A stretch of 64,000 nt of DNA, taken from the NCBI GenBank assembly GCA_964466035.1, contig CAYXLR010000002.1, forward strand, positions 67,206 through 131,205, written 5' to 3'. Source of the DNA: an uncultured Thermotogae bacterium. GTDB lineage: Bacteria > Bipolaricaulota > Bipolaricaulia > UBA7950 > UBA9294. Both the position numbers and the translations under genes were made by a program. How positions within the stretch are numbered: the stretch's first letter is position 1; the number at the start of each line of letters is the position of its first letter. The notes below the pieces were generated by a model. That model saw nothing but the letters and a program-made list of their open reading frames with translations. It searched no databases and was not told the origin of the DNA. Positions 37,758 through 46,600 of the stretch are shown here, in pieces.

Positions 37758-38951
37758 GTGATTGCGATACGTGGCGGCACGGTGTTGACGCCGACGGTGA
37801 CGATCGAGGAAGGGATCGTCCTGATCGACGACGGGAGGATCGTTGACGTCGGGACGGGCGTCGAGGTCCCGACGGACGCGGAGGTCATCGACGCGTCGGG
37901 GCAGGTCGTCATGCCGGGGATGATCGACGCGCACTGCCACACCGGCGTGTTCGGCGACGGCGTCGGTTCGATCCACGCCGACGGGAACGAGATGACCGAC
38001 CCGATCACTCCGCACCTGCGGGCGATCGACGCGATCCATCCCGAGGACCTCGCGTTCAAGGACCTCCGCGAGGCGGGCGTCACCGCGATCAACACCGGGC
38101 CGGGAAGCGGGAACCTGATCGGCGGCCAGACGGCGGCGATCAAGACCGCCGGCCGGACGGTCGACGAGATGCTGGTCGCGTTTCCCGTGGGGATGAAGAT
38201 GGCGCTCGGGGAGAACCCGAAGCGGGTCTACGGCGAGCAGAAGAAGACCCCGTCGACGCGGATGGGGAACGCCGCGACGCTCCGCGAGTGGCTGACCAAG
38301 GCGCAGGGTTACCTCGACAAGGGCGCCCGCCACGCGGAGAAGCTCGCCGACTTTCGGGCCGGCGTCGAGGGGGCGGCCGAGCCGGAGCCGTTCGAGGTCG
38401 ACCTGAAGCTCGAGGCGCTGGCCCGGGTCCTCCGTCGGGAGATCCCGGCGCACATCCACGCCCATCGCGCCGACGATATCATGACGGCGATCCGGATCGC
38501 CGAGGAGTTCGAGCTGGATTTCGTCCTGATTCATGCGACCGAGGGGTACAAGATCGCCGACATCCTGGCGGCGAGGATGATCCCGTGCGTGCCGGGGCCG
38601 ATCCTCTTCTCTCGAAGCAAGGTCGAGCTGCGCGACATGACCCCGAAGAACGCCGGGGTCCTCGCGAACGCGGGCGTCAAGGTGGCGATCCAGACCGATC
38701 AGATGTCGGCCGTTCGGTACCTTCGTCTCGACGCGGCGATCGCCGTCAACGAGGGGATGCGCGACGACGACGCGCTGCGTGCGATCACCCTCACTCCGGC
38801 CGAGATCCTCGGGATCGACGACCGGGTCGGAAGCCTCGAAGCGGGGAAGGACGCCGACGTCGTCATCCTGTCGGCCCATCCGCTCGACGTCGCGCACGGC
38901 CGCGTGCAGCGGGTCCTGATCAACGGGGAGACGGTCTTCTCGAGGGCGTAA
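37758..38951 (+). CDS. Metal-dependent amidohydrolase (imidazolonepropionase-like superfamily)
   Basis: It has the HxH-type motif (MPGMIDAHCH) and a C-terminal GSLEAGKDADVVIL block. Confidence 0.8.
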   Translation: MIAIRGGTVLTPTVTIEEGIVLIDDGRIVDVGTGVEVPTDAEVIDASGQVVMPGMIDAHCHTGVFGDGVGSIHADGNEMTDPITPHLRAIDAIHPEDLAFKDLREAGVTAINTGPGSGNLIGGQTAAIKTAGRTVDEMLVAFPVGMKMALGENPKRVYGEQKKTPSTRMGNAATLREWLTKAQGYLDKGARHAEKLADFRAGVEGAAEPEPFEVDLKLEALARVLRREIPAHIHAHRADDIMTAIRIAEEFELDFVLIHATEGYKIADILAARMIPCVPGPILFSRSKVELRDMTPKNAGVLANAGVKVAIQTDQMSAVRYLRLDAAIAVNEGMRDDDALRAITLTPAEILGIDDRVGSLEAGKDADVVILSAHPLDVAHGRVQRVLINGETVFSRA

Positions 38952-38976
38952 GCGGCGAGGGAGCGGAGGAATTCGG

Positions 38977-39343
38977 GTGAGCGTTGTGATTCTCGACTTC
39001 GGGTCGCCGAACCGAAGTGGTGGCGTTCTGAGGTGACGCTGCAATATCGAAGGGTGCGGTTCAGACTATGAGCGTCGTCATCCTCGACTTCGGTATCGCC
39101 GAACCGAAGTGCTGGCATTCTGAAGAGACGTCGCCATACCGAAGGGCGCGGTACGGATCATGAGCGTCGTGATTCTCGACTTCGGTTCGCTCGAACCGAA
39201 GTGGTGGCCTCGCAGGATGGGTATGAGCGGTGAGAGACAGGGGGACGTCAGGTGAGCGTCGTCATCCTCGACTTCGGTATCGCCGAACCGAAGTGCTGGC
39301 ATTCTGAAGAGACGTCGCCATACCGAAGGGCGCGGCACGGATC
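38977..39343 (+). repeat. Four tandem units of about 92 bp, each mimicking the 5' end of guaA and carrying a hairpin
   Basis: Unit starts are at 38977, 39068, 39160 and 39252, and the real guaA ATG is at 39344. The shared head is [A/G]TGAGCGTYGTSATYCTCGACTTCGG..CGC.GAACCGAAGTG. Units 2 and 4 differ at 2 positions by my alignment. Confidence 0.9.
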
Positions 39344-40858
39344 ATGAGCGTCGTGATTCTCGACTTCGGTTCGCAGTACACCCGCCTCATCGCCCGGCGC
39401 GTTCGCGAGTTGAACGCCCACTCGGTCGTCCTCCCCGGAACGGCCTCCGTCGAACGGATCCGCGAGGAAGCGCCCGCTGCGATCGTCCTCTCCGGCGGGC
39501 CGAAGCTCGTTTTCGAAGACGGCGCCCCGAAGCCGGACGACGCGATGTACGACCTGGGAATACCGATTCTCGGGATCTGCTACGGGATGCATCTGCTGGT
39601 GGAGCGGTTCGGCGGAGCGGTCGTCGATACGGGCGGGCGCTCGTACGGATCGGATCGGCTGGTGCGCGTGGGCGGACCGCTGTTCGACGGCCTGACGGCG
39701 CCTCAGCCGGTCTGGATGAGCCATTCGACCGCCGTCTCCGAGCTTGCTGCCGGCTGGTCGAGCGTCGCGGCGACGGCGACGAATCCGCACGCCGCCGTCG
39801 CTTCGGCCGACGGACGGTTGCACGGCGTGCAGTTTCATCCGGAGGTCGCCCACACGCCGGAAGGCGTCCGGATTCTCGCCAACTTCCTCGATCTCGCGCG
39901 GGTGCCGAGGGATTGGACGCCGGAGCGGAACCTCGAGCGGATCGCCGCGGAGGTGGGAGCGCGCGTCGGGCGGGATCGGGTTCTGCTCGGCGTCTCCGGC
40001 GGCGTCGACTCGTCGACGCTGGCGCTGCTCCTCGCCCGCGAGGGGGTCGATCATCTCGCCGTCTTCGTCGATCACGGCCTCCTGCGCGAGGGGGAGCGCC
40101 GGGAAGTGGACGCCGGGCTTCGCGCCCTCGGGATCAACCTCGTGACGGTCGACGCGTCGGATCGCTTCCTCGGCGCGCTGGCCGGGATCGTCGACCCGGA
40201 GGGGAAGCGGAAGGTCATCGGGCGCGAGTTCGTCGGCGTCTTCCGCGAGGAGGCCGAGCGGCACGGACCGTTCCGGTTTCTCGCCCAGGGAACCCTCTAC
40301 CCGGACGTGATCGAGTCGGCCGGCGGCGAAGGGACGTCGAACATCAAGAGCCACCACAACGTCGGGGGGCTGCCCGAGGAGCTCGGGTTCGAGCTCCTCG
40401 AGCCGTTCCGCGCCCTGTTCAAGGACGAGGTGCGCGAGGTCGCGCGCCTTCTCGGCCTCCCGGACGGGATCCGGCTCCGACATCCGTTTCCCGGCCCCGG
40501 GCTCGCCGTGCGAATCCTCGGCGAGGTGACCCGAGAGCGCGTCGCGATCGTCCGTAAGGCAGACGATGTCTTCGTCTCGGTGCTGAAGGAGCACGGCGCC
40601 TACCACGACGCGTGGCAGGCGCTCGCCGTCCTCACGCCGATCCAGTCGGTCGGCGTCGCCGGTGACGAGCGGCGGTACGGACACGTCGTCGCGCTCCGGG
40701 CCGTCACCAGCCTCGACGCGATGACCGCCGACTGGGCTCGCCTCCCCGCGGAGATCCTCGACGAGGCCGCCCGGCGGATCACCCGCGAGATCCCGGAGGT
40801 CGGGCGCGTCGTCTACGACGTCACGAGCAAGCCGCCGGCGACGATCGAGTGGGAGTGA
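39344..40858 (+). CDS. guaA: GMP synthase (glutamine-hydrolysing)
   Basis: The N-terminus [23 protein letters not shown] belongs to a GATase domain (GICYGMHL). It is followed by the ATP-PPase motif SGGVDSST and the C-terminal tail TIEWE. Confidence 0.95.
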   Translation: MSVVILDFGSQYTRLIARRVRELNAHSVVLPGTASVERIREEAPAAIVLSGGPKLVFEDGAPKPDDAMYDLGIPILGICYGMHLLVERFGGAVVDTGGRSYGSDRLVRVGGPLFDGLTAPQPVWMSHSTAVSELAAGWSSVAATATNPHAAVASADGRLHGVQFHPEVAHTPEGVRILANFLDLARVPRDWTPERNLERIAAEVGARVGRDRVLLGVSGGVDSSTLALLLAREGVDHLAVFVDHGLLREGERREVDAGLRALGINLVTVDASDRFLGALAGIVDPEGKRKVIGREFVGVFREEAERHGPFRFLAQGTLYPDVIESAGGEGTSNIKSHHNVGGLPEELGFELLEPFRALFKDEVREVARLLGLPDGIRLRHPFPGPGLAVRILGEVTRERVAIVRKADDVFVSVLKEHGAYHDAWQALAVLTPIQSVGVAGDERRYGHVVALRAVTSLDAMTADWARLPAEILDEAARRITREIPEVGRVVYDVTSKPPATIEWE

Positions 40859-40967
40859 GGACGGCTCGATCGGTCCCAAGAGATTGCCCGCGGCAGGGGG
40901 ATCGCGGTAGAGTGTATCGTGGATCGCTTCGGCGGGCCGCTGTCAGCGTAGATCGAAGGAGATCGAG

Positions 40968-41813
40968 ATGATCAAGCGAGTTGTCCTGGGAGTGGTGGGT
41001 TCCCTCTGTCTTTCGGTGTGGGCTCTCGGGCAGTCCTGCGCGATCCAGGTCTACTTCGCGTCGCCGGGAGCGGGGGACGGCGCAAGGACGGCCATCGTCC
41101 AGAGCATCGACGGCGCCCGAGACACCTTGGAGATCGCCGTTCCGAGCTTCACGGACGATCTGCTGGGGGACGCGGTCGTGCGCGCGCATCGCCGAGGCGT
41201 CGATGTCCGCGTGATTCTGGCCGGAGGACGAGAACGAGAGGTCGGCAGCGAGTACGAGAAGCTGCTCGCCGTCGGTGTTCCCGTCCGCCTCTCCGACGGA
41301 TCGGGGACGTTCGGCCATCGATTCGCGGTCATCGATCGGCGGATCGTTCTGACTGGATCGTACGAGTGGACGGACTCCTCGACCACGGCGAGATTCGACA
41401 GTCTCACGCGAATCACGTGCCCCACGGCGGCGCAGGCCGCACCGGCGGCGGCGTTCCTTGCGGAGTTCGATCGGCTGTGGGTCGGATGGGGGCAGAGTTC
41501 GTCCGCCGCTCTACCGGCCACCTCGGCGGTCTCTTCGGTCAGCATTCTGTCCGTCGATCGGACCGCGCAGTGCGTCTACCTGCTGAACACCTCCGACCGG
41601 CCCCTCGATCTCTCCTACTGGTCGCTCAACGATCTCGAGGGGCAGTATGCGTTTCCGCCTGGAACGGTGATCCCTCCGAACGATCCGTATCGGATCTGCG
41701 CCGACGTGTTCAATCCGGGGGGCGACATCGACGGACTGTACTTGGATCCGGACGGCGACGAGGTCTTCCTGGTCACTCCGGAGGGCGACATCGTCGATGA
41801 GCGGGTGTGGTGA
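40968..41813 (+). CDS. Secreted phospholipase-D-fold (Nuc-like) protein fused to a lamin-tail domain
   Basis: It has a signal peptide (MIKRVVLGVVGSLCLSVWALGQS). The PLD-like block is FGHRFAVIDRRIVLTGSYEWTDSS. The C-terminal LTD-like block is CVYLLNTSDRPLDLSYWSLND...DEVFLVTPEGDIVDERVW. Confidence 0.7.
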   Translation: MIKRVVLGVVGSLCLSVWALGQSCAIQVYFASPGAGDGARTAIVQSIDGARDTLEIAVPSFTDDLLGDAVVRAHRRGVDVRVILAGGREREVGSEYEKLLAVGVPVRLSDGSGTFGHRFAVIDRRIVLTGSYEWTDSSTTARFDSLTRITCPTAAQAAPAAAFLAEFDRLWVGWGQSSSAALPATSAVSSVSILSVDRTAQCVYLLNTSDRPLDLSYWSLNDLEGQYAFPPGTVIPPNDPYRICADVFNPGGDIDGLYLDPDGDEVFLVTPEGDIVDERVW

Positions 41814-41899
41814 CCCGAACCGCGAGCGTTCCAGGGTTTCTCGTACGCGATGTCCTGTGAAGTGGGCCCATGAGACAAGTCCAATGGTTGCTGGCCCCC

Positions 41900-41928
41900 T
41901 TGACGGGACGTTACGATTCTACTAGAAT
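41900..41928 (+). promoter_or_regulatory. Sigma70-type promoter
   Basis: TTGACG (41900-41905), a 17-nt spacer, then TAGAAT (41923-41928), in a low-G+C intergenic patch. Confidence 0.6.
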
Positions 41929-41934
41929 GTCCTA

Positions 41935-42099
41935 GCTGCGGGCGAAGCATCGCAGTAATCGGAGCTGGCGGAGAGGAGACAAGGCCGAAACGTGGTCTTG
42001 TCTATTGGATTGAAGAGACGGCGGCTGGTGGTAAAGTGACCCTCAGCGGAGTGGACGCGAGACAGAAAGCTCCTTCGAAAGAAGGAGCTTCTTTGTTTT
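41935..42099 (+). ncRNA. Candidate sRNA or attenuating leader of about 165 nt (unclassified)
   Basis: It is bounded by the promoter above and an intrinsic terminator below. Internal hairpins are CTGCG..CGCAG (41936-41955) and AGACAAG..CTTGTCT (41977-42003). No ORF with a start codon is present. No known RNA family was recognised. Confidence 0.45.
42067..42099 (+). terminator. Rho-independent terminator
   Basis: A perfect 10-bp stem AAGCTCCTTC/GAAGGAGCTT with a GAAA loop is followed by CTTTGTTTT. Confidence 0.7.
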
Positions 42100-42374
42100 G
42101 TGGAGGAGGAGTGAGCACGGACTAGGCGGGAAAGACAAGAGGCACGCGAAGTGAGCCCCGTGAGACCGTCCCCACGGCAACACCCAGACTCGTTCTTGCG
42201 TACCCCTGTCTATTGCCATTCTTCCTTAGACCCAGCGGGTCTAGACAGGTCGATGCTACTCGACCCGGCGCACCCTCCGACTGGCCTCTGTCCCGCGGAA
42301 ACGGGACATGGTGCCGCCGTCTTCGCGGACCAGACGGCTTCGAGGTGGGAAACGGCGCTGCATGGAGGGAGAGA

Positions 42375-43673
42375 ATGAGAAGGGTGCCTGTCCAGAGCGT
42401 GCTGGTGGCGGGCCTGAGCGTCGTCGTTCTGGCTTTTGCCGCCTTGGGGCAACTGACCGGGCGCCTGGATCTCGACGCCGTGGCCCGGCGGATTCCTACG
42501 ACCGTTACGGGGGAGATCAAGCTCGACACGCCGAGCGAGTTCACGATGCTCGAGTTCGCGATCGCGTCGAAGCTCGACCTCACGCTGAGAACCGGCTTCA
42601 TCGATCCGCGGGTCAAGGCGGCGATCAACACCGCGGGGATCGAGCACTTCGTCCTGTCGAGTCCGTTCGAGTTCGGGGACCTGCCGCTCTACGGGGCTCG
42701 ACTCGACGAGTTCACCCTCGTGCCGGAGGTCTGGGTCGCGGTTCCGTTCGAGAACGTGACCGACGTCAACAACCTCCCGAACTCCGTGATCATTCCGCCG
42801 GCGAATCCGCTGTTCGTCTCGGCCCGTGCGACGCTCAGCGCGGCGGTCGGGGGATTCGACATCGAGCATCTGATCATGCTGGAGGACGTGAACTTCCCGA
42901 ACCCGAGCGGGTCGTACGATCCGCTCTACTACGAGCACTCCGACCAGGAGTTCGGCATCGGGAGCCTGACGTCGGCGAGCTGGCGCGCGAGCGTCGGGCT
43001 GTCGATGCGGGTGGAGCTCGGCCTGTCGGCCTCGAGTGCCAACAAGAGCATCAAGGGGCACTCCGCGAAGGGGAAGGTCACGCCGGACAGCTCGTTCGTC
43101 CGGCTCGGCATTGGAGGGATCCGGCTCGCGAGCGTCTCGCTCTTCGGCGTCGGCATCCAGGACGTCACACTCGGATCGAGCTTCTCCGTTGCGACCGGCA
43201 CGGACGAGGCGTTCAGCACGACCGTGACGATCGCCGGCGGCGCGTGGGAGGGGACGAGCATCAGCCTGTCGATCACGCTCACGTCGACCCCTCCGACCGT
43301 CAGCGCGCTGATGCTGACGGTCACCGAGGGACCGTTCAGGCTGAGCATCGCGCTGGACGAGCTGGACATCACAGGCCTTTCCGCCAGCTGCGGGAACTCG
43401 CTGAACCTCGGGCCGATCAGCGGGTCCTGGTCGCTCCGCGCGTCGGGGATCGAACGCGGCCTGACCGGATTGGCGATGGGGCTTTCGCTGGCGCAGGGGG
43501 TGTTCTCGACGAACACGTCGATCACGTTCAGCCAGCGGGGAGAAGACTTCGGCTTCGCCAGTTGGTCGAGCAAGTTGAGCTTCCGGTTCAGTCCGGCGGT
43601 GGTGTCGGTCCAGGCGACGTTCGGTCGGTACGGGCTCACCCGAGCCGCGGTCGCGACGAGTGTGTCGTTCTAG
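42375..43673 (+). CDS. Putative outer-membrane beta-barrel protein, 432 aa
   Basis: GGAGGGAG lies upstream of the ATG. It has a signal peptide ([26 protein letters not shown]). Pervasive alternating amphipathic strands are present (e.g. [38 protein letters not shown]). The C-terminus ends ...VATSVSF, a beta-signal-like terminal Phe. No family was recognised. Confidence 0.6.
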   Translation: MRRVPVQSVLVAGLSVVVLAFAALGQLTGRLDLDAVARRIPTTVTGEIKLDTPSEFTMLEFAIASKLDLTLRTGFIDPRVKAAINTAGIEHFVLSSPFEFGDLPLYGARLDEFTLVPEVWVAVPFENVTDVNNLPNSVIIPPANPLFVSARATLSAAVGGFDIEHLIMLEDVNFPNPSGSYDPLYYEHSDQEFGIGSLTSASWRASVGLSMRVELGLSASSANKSIKGHSAKGKVTPDSSFVRLGIGGIRLASVSLFGVGIQDVTLGSSFSVATGTDEAFSTTVTIAGGAWEGTSISLSITLTSTPPTVSALMLTVTEGPFRLSIALDELDITGLSASCGNSLNLGPISGSWSLRASGIERGLTGLAMGLSLAQGVFSTNTSITFSQRGEDFGFASWSSKLSFRFSPAVVSVQATFGRYGLTRAAVATSVSF

Positions 43674-43677
43674 GGGG

Positions 43678-46600
43678 ATGAAGATGAACCTACGCACCAA
43701 TCAGATGAACGACGGCGTTCGGCACACCGGGAGGGACCGGAAGAGATGCAGGACTTGGTATGTGCTGCTCCTGGTCTGTGGTCTGGTGCTGGGGCTCGGC
43801 CTGGCGCTATCGGCGCAGATCCCTGTCACAGTAGCGATTACGGGCTCTGATACCGAACCCTCCGTGGTCGGTGAAGGGTACTACGTCAGGTTCGAAGTGG
43901 TTCGGGCCGCAGCCAACCCCGACAGCCTTAACCTGTACGGCACGGTGACGGTGAATGACGGCGAAGGGAACACGTGCAGTCGCACGACAACGACTGGAGT
44001 TTTCACTGACGGCTGGTCTTGGGGCTGCACGCTAACTACGTACACGGCAGGCGCAAAAACGATCACCGCAACCTTCACACCGTTGAATCCAGCCGAGTTC
44101 GGCAGCGGCAGCGATACGGAAACCCATGTTGTCAATCGCGCCGACACGACGGTGACCATCACCGGTGACGTGCCGGACCCGTCCGTCGTCAATGAGGCGT
44201 ACGAGGTGAGCGGGACGGTAACGGTCGACGACCCGGGAAGCGGCAGCCCGACCGGCACCGTCGACGTCGACGACGGCGACGGGAACACGTGCTCGGCAGC
44301 GGTTGCGCTCGACGGCAGCTGGAGCTGTGCGCTGACCTCGACGAGCGCGGGCAACAAGACAATCACCGCGGTCTACTCCGGCGACGACAATTTCATCGGG
44401 AGTACGGACACGGAAGATCACGAGGTCACGAAGCGGCTTACGAAGACGGAGGTCTTCTGCTCGGACACGCCGCTGGTGGTGAACGACACGGTGACCTGCA
44501 CCTGCACCGTCAGCGACATCTCCCCGGGAATCCCCTCGGTTCCGACCGGCGACGTGAGCGTCTCCGTGACACCGAATGACGAAGGATCTCCCGCATCCTG
44601 GGGCCATACGTTGGTCGCGGGCGACGGCGGGCAATTCACGTTTACGTACACCCCGGACAGCGCGGAAACCACGCCGCACGTGTTCGCCGCGGCGTACGAC
44701 GGCAGCGCCGTCCACGCAGCCAGCAACGTCGCTGAATGTGTCACCGTCGACTTCGATCAACAGATCATCCGGCGGGCCGTCGACATCGATGTCAGCGTCG
44801 CCCCGATGGCAGCGTACATCAACGAGGTCGTGACGATCGACATCCACGTCGAGGACGATACGACCGCAGGGACACCCGGCGATCTGAACGGGGAAACGGT
44901 CACACTGTCGACATCGAGTGGGACGGGGGTATTCGAGACGGGCGCTCCTGGAGCGGATCATGACGAGACGCTCGACTCGAACGGTGACTGCACCGTGAGC
45001 TACACGCCCGGCGCATTCGAGGCGGGGACCACGACCATCACCGTGACGTTCGCCAGCCCAGACCCCGACCCGCACCCCGTGTTCGCCGAGAAGTCGGTGA
45101 CTGCGCAGATCGATGTGGAACTGCGTCCGACTGAGACCGTACTGGAGAACGCGTGCGGTCCGCTCCTCGTGAACGAGTCCTGCGGATTCACGGTTTCCGT
45201 CGCAGACATCGCCGATGCCGGCACGCCTATCGCCCCGGACGGCGCTGTGGCGATCACGAGGGAGCCGCCGCTTCCCGGAACCGCCACCGGCGTGCCGACC
45301 GTTATCGCCGTTACGGGAGGGGCGACGCCCGGCTTCACGTATACGGCCACTTCGCTCAACGAAGAGGCCGGCCACGAGCTGCTCGTCGCGGTGTATGCAC
45401 CCGACGATGGTATCCACGCACCGAGCAGCGCGGGCTACGCGCAGCCGGTTCAACGACGGCCGACCGAGATTAGCCTCAGTTGCTCACCCACTGCCGACGG
45501 TTGTGACTGCTCCGTGACCGTAGCGGACAAGCCAGGCAACGACCCCGTCGCCAGCCCGCCCGTGGGCGACTTCTACATCTTGGACGATCCGGACGACATC
45601 CTGATCACGTGGGACCCCGCGGAGCCCTTCTTCAAGGTGGCTTCGGACGACATCTACGTCAATGTCGCTGTGAAGTTCGAGGCGAGTGATGCCGTTGGCG
45701 TCCATCTGGACTCGGCGGATGCGGTGGGCGTCGATCGAACGGCCTTCATCGAGGAAGATCCGGGCGACGGCACGACCGGAGCAACGTGCGACGAAGGCTG
45801 CGGCAGCGGAGGCTTCAACATCGATGCGCTTGTCACCGGAATCAACATCGCGGTCGAGACGATATCGTACCTTCAGCTGGGGCTGGACATCGTCGACATC
45901 CCGGTGAGCCTGATTCCGAACCCGGTCTGGTGCGCTGGACTCGGTGTGTGCTCGGGAAGCGAGGTCCCGATCCAGGAGATCATCATGGCGGTCACGGCCA
46001 CTGCGAAGGCCGCGATGGAAGGCATCAAGCTGGAGATGGAGAGGGACTGGGACGGCGACGGTCTCCCGGCGATCGTCGAGGAGCTGCTCGGCACGAGCGA
46101 CCTGTCGACGGACTCCGATGGCGATGGCATGGGCGACGGCGACGAGATCTCCGCAGCGGGCGGATACGCCGGCGGAACGCGCAGACCGTCCCCGATCAAC
46201 GAGGACAGCGACGGCGACACCCTCAAAGACGGCGACGAGGCCGACATCTACAACACCAACTACTGCGTGGCGGACAGCGACTGCGACACGCTGACCGACG
46301 GCCAGGAAGTAGGGACATGGTCCCTTCCGGACATCCGAGACCACGCGAATCCGGGAATGCAGGACACCGATGGTGACGGCCTGCGTGATGACGTCGAGTA
46401 CTACATGAACCACTCCTGCCCGTACGTCAACGACGACGACTCCGACGACGACGGTCTTCAGGACGGGTACGAGGACGCCAATCTGGACGGTTGCTGGGGC
46501 GGCCATACCGGCGACACGCTGCCTTGGACCTGCACCGGCGGGATCACGGTCGGCGGGAGCACGACGCAGGCGTCGAAGACGGTCGACGACTGGGAAACCG

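Noticed and set aside
38699-39338. Minus-strand ORFs 38699..39118 and 39078..39338, which share MPALRFGDTEVEDDDAH.
   Set aside because: The shared peptide is simply the reverse translation of the tandem repeat units, and there is no independent coding evidence.
38977-39343. A CRISPR array as the explanation for the guaA-proximal repeats.
   Set aside because: Only four units are present. The 'spacer' parts of units 2 and 4 are essentially identical. The 'repeat' is a copy of the guaA start. No cas genes or leader are in the window.
41924-42126. An open frame through the sRNA candidate (..ECPSCGRSIAVIGAGGEETRPKRGLVYWIEE..).
   Set aside because: It has no ATG/GTG/TTG start with an SD in frame. 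It crosses a strong terminator hairpin. It has only half of a zinc-ribbon-like motif.
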